Below, piece by piece: positions 54,701 through 59,584 of a stretch of 64,000 nt of DNA. This DNA is from a virus (lineage: Duplodnaviria > Caudoviricetes): the IMG/VR virus record IMGVR_UViG_3300022752_000016. The stretch is one strand, 5' to 3'. A program made the translations under genes and the position numbers. Within the stretch, counting starts at the first letter, position 1. The number at the start of each line of letters is the position of its first letter. Under the pieces are notes generated by a model. The model did no database searches. It had not been told where the DNA came from and saw only the letters and a program-made list of their open reading frames with translations.

Positions 54701-57556
54701 CAAACTAATAGTGCCACTATAGAACCTACGATAGAATATCATTGCACAGGTGCTGTTGAACGCAAATACATGGTTGACAGAGTAGCTACAACGTTACCAG
54801 ATATTGAAAAATTTAAAATTTTAATTTCAGTAAAAGATTTTGATTTTAGTTGGAGACCAGATCCTCATAGTCCTCCTTATATCTACGTGTTTGGTAACCA
54901 ATGGCATGATGCAATGACTGAACCTACAGTAGAATATCATGTACCTGGTGCGAAAGAAAAAAAATATATAACAGATATTATAGCGAAGGTAAGTCCTACA
55001 CAGGAAAATTGGAAAACACTTATCCCTGTTGTAGATTTTGATTATAGCTGGAGGCCTAACCCACACAGTACTCCATACATTTATGTATTTGGAAATCAAT
55101 GGAATCCTATTGAATTAGAGCATACAGTTGAATACCATACACCTGGGGCAAAAGACTACAAATATATAACAGATATTGTAGCAAATCTTAAACCAACTAA
55201 CACTGAAAAACATTGGAAAAGGTTGTTACCTGTTGAAAGTTTTGATTATAGTTGGAAACCTGATCCAAGAGAACCTGCATTAATATATGTATTTGGAAAT
55301 AAATGGAATGATTCTAAGACTGAGCCTACTATTGAATATCATTGTGAAGGTGCTACAGAACGAAAATACTTAGATTTTCCTGTAGCTAAACCCACAGTTG
55401 AATTTAAATATTGGTCCATATCAAATAATTACGATCTAGAATCATTTGATTTTAGTTGGAGACCTAATCCGCATAGTCCACCACAAATTTATCAATGGGA
55501 AAATAATGGTCCAAGATATAATGTACCAGGTGCTACAGACGTTGTATTAATGAAAAGAATTGATACTGACTATGCACCGAAAATTAATAAATATTTTATT
55601 AAAACTAACCTTACCGATTTGATTAGTGAACATCCAAATGAAGTATTTTGGGCTTTAAATCCTGATCTAAATTATGATAAGTTTGACTTTACATGGAAGC
55701 CTAATAAAGAAAATTTTACACACATAAATGTTTTTGGTAATGAATATAGTAAAAATACCCACACATATTATATAAACGGGCCAATGTATAACTTGGGATA
55801 TAGGCAATATAATTATATAAATAATCAAAAATTTAGTGGGGATACAAACCTTTCAATGTTTTTTATTGATAGGGGTAATGATTATAGTCAAAAAAGATTC
55901 GATGCACTTAAAACAAAGTACCCACAATTACAAAAAACAAGATTTCTAAATTCTTGGGTAGATACTATTAATCGTTGCACTCAAAAATCTTATACAAAGT
56001 TCCTTTGGGTTTTAAGTAGCGAATTAGATTATAGTGAATTTGAGTTTGACTTTTATCCTAGTCCATGGCAAGAAAAAATGGTACATGTGTTTGGTACACA
56101 ATGGAGTCATTGGGGTAATACATACCTAATAAACAAGGAAACATTTGCAAATGATACTAAGTATATAAAAATTATTGAACATTTGTCATGTTTAAATTTT
56201 GTCAAAACTAAACGTGCAAAAGCTGTGGACATTATTTATGATATTGTCTATATTGACCACAAAAATACAAAAGTGGATAGTAATAAATTTAAATATGTGA
56301 TTGAGTATGAGGATAATTATTATAAAACTTTTAAAAAATTAATTGATGTTTTACCTAAAAAGAAAGAGCATTATATTTGGATAATAAGTTCAATCTGTGA
56401 TTATACAAACTTTAATTTTACTTACATTTGTGACCCATTTGCTAAAGAACAATTACACGTTTTTCCAAGCGATAAACAAAAATATGGTGACACATTTTTT
56501 GTAGACGTTAATAATTTACGTGAACAAATTGAAAATATTGAAAAACTTAAAAATTTTACAAAAATAAATTTTAATAATCATCAAACAGTAAAAAGATTAG
56601 ATTGTCCTAAATTTGTAATAGAGGATGATACTTTTGTAAATTCAATTAATGTTGAATTTAATTTTCCCTATGCAAATTTTGTAACGGTAGATAATTGTAC
56701 ATTAAATGTTGTGGACGATGATCCAATCAATTTGTGGGAAGAAGAAACAAAAAATATTATAGTGCAAAGTACAGGTAATACAAATATTATTATACCCAAA
56801 GAAGTAAAGAAATATGTAAAAAAAGAATTGTATGATTATCCTTATATCACTAAACGTGATAAATTACAATCAAGTTTTCCATTAGATATTGTTTTTTTAA
56901 GTAATGGTGAAAAAAATGCTGATGCAAACTATGAACATCTATTATCTGTAATAAAAAATAAACCAAATAGAGTAATAAGAGTTGATGGTATTAATGGTAG
57001 AAAAAATGCAAATTACGCAGTTGCAGATATTAGTAATACTCCTTGGATGTTTGTAGTATTTGCAAAGTTAAAAGTAAAAGAAAACTTTGATTGGGATTGG
57101 CAACCTGATAGAATGCAATTACCAAAACATTATATTTTTTATGCTAGGAATCCTGTTAATGGTTTGTTTTACGGACACCAAGCAATGATAGCATGGAATA
57201 AAAATATAGTTTTACAAACACAAGGAGTAGACTTAGATTTTACAATGGAAGGTAACCATGAAGTTGTTAAGATAGATAGCGGAACACCTTATTATAATAC
57301 AGATGAATATAGCACATGGAGGACTGCTTTTAGAGAGGTTATAAAATTGAAGTATTACAACAATAAAGAAAGTCAGCATCGTTTAAAAGTATGGTCAAGT
57401 ATAGCAGAAGGTGATTTTGCCCAATTTAGTTTACAAGGAGCAAAACATGCTATAGATTACTTTAATGCGGTTGATGGTAATATTGATAAATTAAAATTAA
57501 GTTACGAATGGGCTTGGTGTAAAGAATATTTTCTTAAAAAGTATGATAGAATTTAA
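51728..57556 (+). CDS. 1,942-aa tandem-repeat protein with degenerate GT-A-like C-terminal modules
   Basis: 18 copies of FD.(S/T)WRPDPREPPYIYVWGNK. The C-terminus LDIVFLSNGE...RVDGING...WRTAFREVIKL parallels 37535..38497. Confidence 0.8.
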   Translation: MIRDVFYYGKKPNIHPRERFAKNLEEARELSNTEHFWIINEFCDYKNFDWDFDYEFLPDEDVWAQDHINIWPSLYQKDSGTWLVPNNNSLVRIYRNDVQPVDRKIIKDNWIIYSQIDSKKFDLKWHPDPLDPPFIYVWGNKFIPAELQPTIEYYTPSAVERKYMGEVEVLPQMERWVMVQDITEDFDLTWRPDPREPPYIYVWGNKYIPGELQSTIEYHTPNAINKKYMGNAPVLPDKNWKIIQEIDKTKFDLSWRPDPREPPYIYTWGNKFIPAEIMPTIQYLCPNATEHKYMQEPLEVLPEYEKWVEVQAIDKTKFDLSWRPDPREPPYIYVWGNKYIPGELLPTLQYNCIGAKEYKYMGDVEVIPEHEKWVEVQAIDKTKFDLSWRPDPREPPYIYTWGNKYIPGELMPTLEYRCIGATERKYMGDVEVIPEHEKWVEIQLIDKTTFDMTWRPDPREPPYIYVWGNKFIPAELMSTLEYRCIGAKEYKYMGDVEVIPEHDKWVEVQLIDKTKFDMTWRPDPREPPYIYVWGNKFIPAELMPTLEYRCIGATERKYMGNIDVLPEFNRWVEVQTIDKTKFDMTWRPDPREPPYIYVWGNKYIPGELKSTIEYHTPNSTERKYMGDVDVLPETERWNIVQKPKDFDLTWRPDPKEPPYIYVWGNKYIPGEIQSTIEYHTPDAQEIKYMGDIEVVPYYEHWNIVQEVGDDFDLCWRPDPREPPYIYVWGNNYIPGEVKATIEYHTPNSIERKYMGIASVKPDKNWKITQDIDIEKFDLCWRPDPREPAYIYTWGNKYVSAELVPTIEYYTPNATERKYMGEVDVIPEFDRWVEVQPIDKSTFDMTWRPDPREPPYIYVWGNKHIPAELKPTLEYYTPNATDRKYMGNVEVLPINENWKITQEAINFDYTWRPDPREPDYIYVWGNKYIPGELKPTIEYICPNAIEKKYMGNVEVASEWDKYRILIPVDKNSFDFSWRPDPREPPYIYVWGNQTNSATIEPTIEYHCTGAVERKYMVDRVATTLPDIEKFKILISVKDFDFSWRPDPHSPPYIYVFGNQWHDAMTEPTVEYHVPGAKEKKYITDIIAKVSPTQENWKTLIPVVDFDYSWRPNPHSTPYIYVFGNQWNPIELEHTVEYHTPGAKDYKYITDIVANLKPTNTEKHWKRLLPVESFDYSWKPDPREPALIYVFGNKWNDSKTEPTIEYHCEGATERKYLDFPVAKPTVEFKYWSISNNYDLESFDFSWRPNPHSPPQIYQWENNGPRYNVPGATDVVLMKRIDTDYAPKINKYFIKTNLTDLISEHPNEVFWALNPDLNYDKFDFTWKPNKENFTHINVFGNEYSKNTHTYYINGPMYNLGYRQYNYINNQKFSGDTNLSMFFIDRGNDYSQKRFDALKTKYPQLQKTRFLNSWVDTINRCTQKSYTKFLWVLSSELDYSEFEFDFYPSPWQEKMVHVFGTQWSHWGNTYLINKETFANDTKYIKIIEHLSCLNFVKTKRAKAVDIIYDIVYIDHKNTKVDSNKFKYVIEYEDNYYKTFKKLIDVLPKKKEHYIWIISSICDYTNFNFTYICDPFAKEQLHVFPSDKQKYGDTFFVDVNNLREQIENIEKLKNFTKINFNNHQTVKRLDCPKFVIEDDTFVNSINVEFNFPYANFVTVDNCTLNVVDDDPINLWEEETKNIIVQSTGNTNIIIPKEVKKYVKKELYDYPYITKRDKLQSSFPLDIVFLSNGEKNADANYEHLLSVIKNKPNRVIRVDGINGRKNANYAVADISNTPWMFVVFAKLKVKENFDWDWQPDRMQLPKHYIFYARNPVNGLFYGHQAMIAWNKNIVLQTQGVDLDFTMEGNHEVVKIDSGTPYYNTDEYSTWRTAFREVIKLKYYNNKESQHRLKVWSSIAEGDFAQFSLQGAKHAIDYFNAVDGNIDKLKLSYEWAWCKEYFLKKYDRI
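52050..55560 (+). repeat. Coding tandem array, 18 units of 192-204 bp (mode 198 bp / 66 aa)
   Basis: TGG of the W-x-P-D/N-P core at 52100, 52295, 52490, 52691, 52889, 53087, 53285, 53483, 53675, 53870, 54065, 54263, 54455, 54653, 54851, 55049, 55253 and 55457. Confidence 0.95.
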
Positions 57557-57561
57557 AAAAT

Positions 57562-57696
57562 ATGTTATTACTTTTTTCATCTCATTTAAATCATTCTATT
57601 TTACAAAATTTATCACAGGAAGAAAGATTTGTAGTTGCTTTTAATTTTTTTATGAAGGGAAATATAGGTACTAATGAATGGATGTTAAAACTATAA
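57562..57696 (+). pseudogene. C-terminal remnant of a 2OG-Fe(II) oxygenase (TIGR02466-like)
   Basis: MLLLFSSHLNHSILQNLSQEERFVVAFNFFMKGNIG matches the LxLFPSxLxHxVxxNxSxxxRxxxAFN tail. An in-frame TAG at 57547-57549 means the HxD half is absent. Confidence 0.65.
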
Positions 57697-57699
57697 ATA
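57692..57699 (+). promoter_or_regulatory. T4-type late promoter TATAAATA (tmRNA precursor)
   Basis: Exact consensus just upstream of the acceptor piece. Confidence 0.7.
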
Positions 57700-57709
57700 A
57701 AGAATAAAG

Positions 57710-57774
57710 AATTGTTGTATGAAGTTGAAGGAAAAGTGCTGCGGACGCGGGTTCGACTCCCGCCTGGTCCACCA
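57710..57774 (+). ncRNA. ssrA: Permuted tmRNA, acceptor piece (T arm, 3' acceptor strand, ACCA)
   Basis: GGAC-GCGGG-TTCGACT-CCCGC-CTGGTCC-A-CCA ends at 57774. The 5' boundary is approximate, just downstream of TATAAATA 57692-57699. Confidence 0.92.
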
Positions 57775-57813
57775 TAAGGAAATATCCATAAGGAAATATC
57801 CATAAGGAAATAT
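57772..57813 (+). repeat. Three tandem 14-bp copies of CCATAAGGAAATAT
   Basis: 57772-57785, 57786-57799 and 57800-57813; the first copy begins with the tmRNA CCA and the last abuts ATG 57814. Confidence 0.95.
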
Positions 57814-57999
57814 ATGAGAGTTACAAACACAGAATCAATTCAACTTACACCTAAAGATGGTAAATGGTATGCTATGCCAAATGACCAATACATTAGATGG
57901 AATTTTGATGAGAGAATTTGGGATTATATGATCACAAAAGAAGGGGACACAAAGCCTAGATTTTGGGATCAATTACCGGATGGTACGGTTTCCTTATGA
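57814..57999 (+). CDS. 61-aa Trp-rich protein encoded inside the tmRNA intervening segment
   Basis: SD TAAGGA upstream of ATG; the ORF fills the segment and its TGA ends 1 nt before tmRNA G1 (58001). Confidence 0.7.
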   Translation: MRVTNTESIQLTPKDGKWYAMPNDQYIRWNFDERIWDYMITKEGDTKPRFWDQLPDGTVSL

Positions 58000-58087
58000 T
58001 GGGCCAGACATGGTTTCGACGGGGTAAAGAGTACGGATATGGACAACACGGTAGGCGAAGACCGCAAATCTAGCAAAGCAAATAGAC

Positions 58088-58132
58088 GCAAATGACGACT
58101 ATTTTTATCAGGATCTCAAGCTAGCCGCTTGA
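58088..58132 (+). other. tmRNA tag reading frame ANDDYFYQDLKLAA*
   Basis: gca aat gac gac tat ttt tat cag gat ctc aag cta gcc gct tga; the stop lies in hairpin CTCAAGC/GCTTGAG. Confidence 0.92.
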
Positions 58133-58171
58133 GCCTGACGGGGTAGGAAAGACCTTGTAACCAAACAAACC

Positions 58172-58193
58172 TAGGCTCTACGGAGCCTATTTT
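58172..58193 (+). terminator. Hairpin/terminator at the end of the tmRNA coding piece
   Basis: TAGGCTC-TACG-GAGCCTA-TTTT (7-bp stem, C-UACG-G tetraloop). Confidence 0.75.
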
Positions 58194-58328
58194 ACCCAAT
58201 ATCTATAGACATTGCGTAAAAAAGTGTTATAGTTTGCACTAATACTTTAATTAATTAGGTTAGATTATATGCACTAAATATTAATCTACACCTGATTTTT
58301 ATCAGGTATTATTTTATAAGGAACTAGA

Positions 58329-59342
58329 ATGAAAAAACTTTTATTAGCGTCACTTATTGCAGGTGCTACATCAGTTGCAGTTGCACAAACAACTGTATAT
58401 GGTTTGGCTGATGCATATTATGGACATCAAACAAATGCAAAAAATAGCAATCAAGTAAATGCTGGTGGTATGACAACTAGTTACATTGGTATCAGTGCAT
58501 CTGAAAAAATTGGCGATCTACAAGCTAGAGCAGTATTAGAGACATTTTTGCGTCCTGATACCGCACAACAAGGTCGTTTTAATAATGATACTTTTTATGC
58601 AAGAAACGCATATGTTGCACTATCATCTAAAGCAGGTGAAGTACAACTTGGTCGTGTAACTACACCATACTTTATCTCAACAATTGCATTTAATGCATTA
58701 GGTGATAGCTTTGTATTCAGTCCAACAGTAACATCAAGGGTTGGAGTTAATAACTTTAATCTTGGTGGTGGTGGAAGTGATACAGGATGGAATAACTCAG
58801 TTTTAGTAAAAACTAGTATGGCTGGTTTAGCACTTACAGGTGTCTATAGTGCAGGAGTTACTGATGATAGCAACGCAAAATTATCAGGTAAAAGCGTTGG
58901 CGCCATGTACTTTCAAGGTCCAATTGGTTTAACTGCAACTTGGCAAGACGTAGAGCAAGGCGCAGGTAAAGCAAGTATGTCATCAACAATCGTTGGTGCA
59001 AGTTATGATCTTAAAGTAGCAAAGGTGTTTGCTCAACATGAGACTGTTAAAAACAGCGATAATGTAACAAAAGAAGATAGAGGTTATACAGTAGGCGCAA
59101 CAATGCCAATGGGTAAAAATACTCTAATGGCAAGCTATGCAAAGAAAGACCATGATTTCACAAATGGTAGAACTGCTGAAACAGCAAGCTGGGCAGTAGG
59201 TGTAAGCCATGCACTAAGCAAGCGTACTGATTTATATGCTGCTGTACGTGATACAAATTATACTAATGACGGTTTAAATAGAACAAATGCAAACTTCGTC
59301 GATACCCGTGTAACAGGTGTAGGCGTACGTCATCGTTTTTAA
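58329..59342 (+). CDS. Outer-membrane porin (Gram-negative/Neisseria-Burkholderia-type)
   Basis: Signal peptide MKKLLLASLIAGATSVAVA-Q; TVYGLADAY; GASYDLKVAK; LSKRTDLYA; C-terminal HRF (BAM-type Phe). Confidence 0.92.
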   Translation: MKKLLLASLIAGATSVAVAQTTVYGLADAYYGHQTNAKNSNQVNAGGMTTSYIGISASEKIGDLQARAVLETFLRPDTAQQGRFNNDTFYARNAYVALSSKAGEVQLGRVTTPYFISTIAFNALGDSFVFSPTVTSRVGVNNFNLGGGGSDTGWNNSVLVKTSMAGLALTGVYSAGVTDDSNAKLSGKSVGAMYFQGPIGLTATWQDVEQGAGKASMSSTIVGASYDLKVAKVFAQHETVKNSDNVTKEDRGYTVGATMPMGKNTLMASYAKKDHDFTNGRTAETASWAVGVSHALSKRTDLYAAVRDTNYTNDGLNRTNANFVDTRVTGVGVRHRF

Positions 59343-59364
59343 TATATACTTTAGTTGTATAAAC

Positions 59365-59388
59365 AAAGGCACATATTGTGCCTTTTTT
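59365..59388 (+). terminator. Intrinsic terminator after porin
   Basis: AAAGGCACA-TAT-TGTGCCTTT-TTT. Confidence 0.85.
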
Positions 59389-59439
59389 ATTTTGTGCTAA
59401 ATAAAACTATGAATAAAACTCTTATAGCATTAATGTTTT

Positions 59440-59461
59440 TGCCCGAAAGGGCATTTTTTTT
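59440..59461 (+). terminator. Intrinsic terminator immediately upstream of an RBS
   Basis: TGCCC-GAAA-GGGCA followed by 8 T, then GGAG at 59462-59465. Confidence 0.8.
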
Positions 59462-59472
59462 GGAGAAATATT

Positions 59473-59577
59473 ATGTCATGGTTTAGACACTTTAGACCCA
59501 AGCACCCACCTTTCCCACCGTATAAGCAACCTGTTCCTATACCAAAAAATAAGGAGCCAGTGAAACCTAAATCATAA
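59473..59577 (+). CDS. 34-aa Pro/Lys-rich peptide (MSWFRHFRPKHPPFPPYKQPVPIPKNKEPVKPKS)
   Basis: Translated by hand; SD GGAG 7 nt upstream; stop abuts the next late promoter. Confidence 0.65.
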   Translation: MSWFRHFRPKHPPFPPYKQPVPIPKNKEPVKPKS

Positions 59578-59580
59578 ATA
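59573..59580 (+). promoter_or_regulatory. Late promoter variant CATAAATA (NTase-kinase)
   Basis: One mismatch to consensus, 4 nt before ATG 59585. Confidence 0.6.
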
Positions 59581-59584
59581 CTTA

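Larger units (their letters stand above)
58001..58193 (+). ncRNA. ssrA: Permuted tmRNA, coding piece (5' acceptor strand, D-loop, tag ORF)
   Basis: GGGCCAG pairs with CTGGTCC, giving the G3:U70 alanine determinant; D-loop TGGTTTCGAC; resume context AATAGAC-GCA. The 3' end is approximate. Confidence 0.92.

Noticed and set aside
189-55099. Many 60-125-aa minus-strand or alternate-frame ORFs inside large genes
   Set aside because: Fully nested in well-supported + strand genes, with no RBS or recognisable motifs.
52050-55560. Diversity-generating retroelement TR/VR pair
   Set aside because: No reverse transcriptase in the window; all copies are in-frame coding, and the differences do not look adenine-restricted.
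57740-57774. Possible standalone tRNA-Ala
   Set aside because: No anticodon arm or 5' half upstream; the matching 5' strand lies downstream at 58001 and is followed by a tag frame, so it is a permuted tmRNA.
57772-57813. CRISPR-like mini-array
   Set aside because: 14-bp units are directly adjacent with no spacers, and no cas genes are present.
57591-57830. Minus-strand 79-aa ORF containing GGPGGSRTRVR
   Set aside because: It is the reverse complement of the tmRNA T arm and acceptor end, a typical tRNA/tmRNA shadow ORF.
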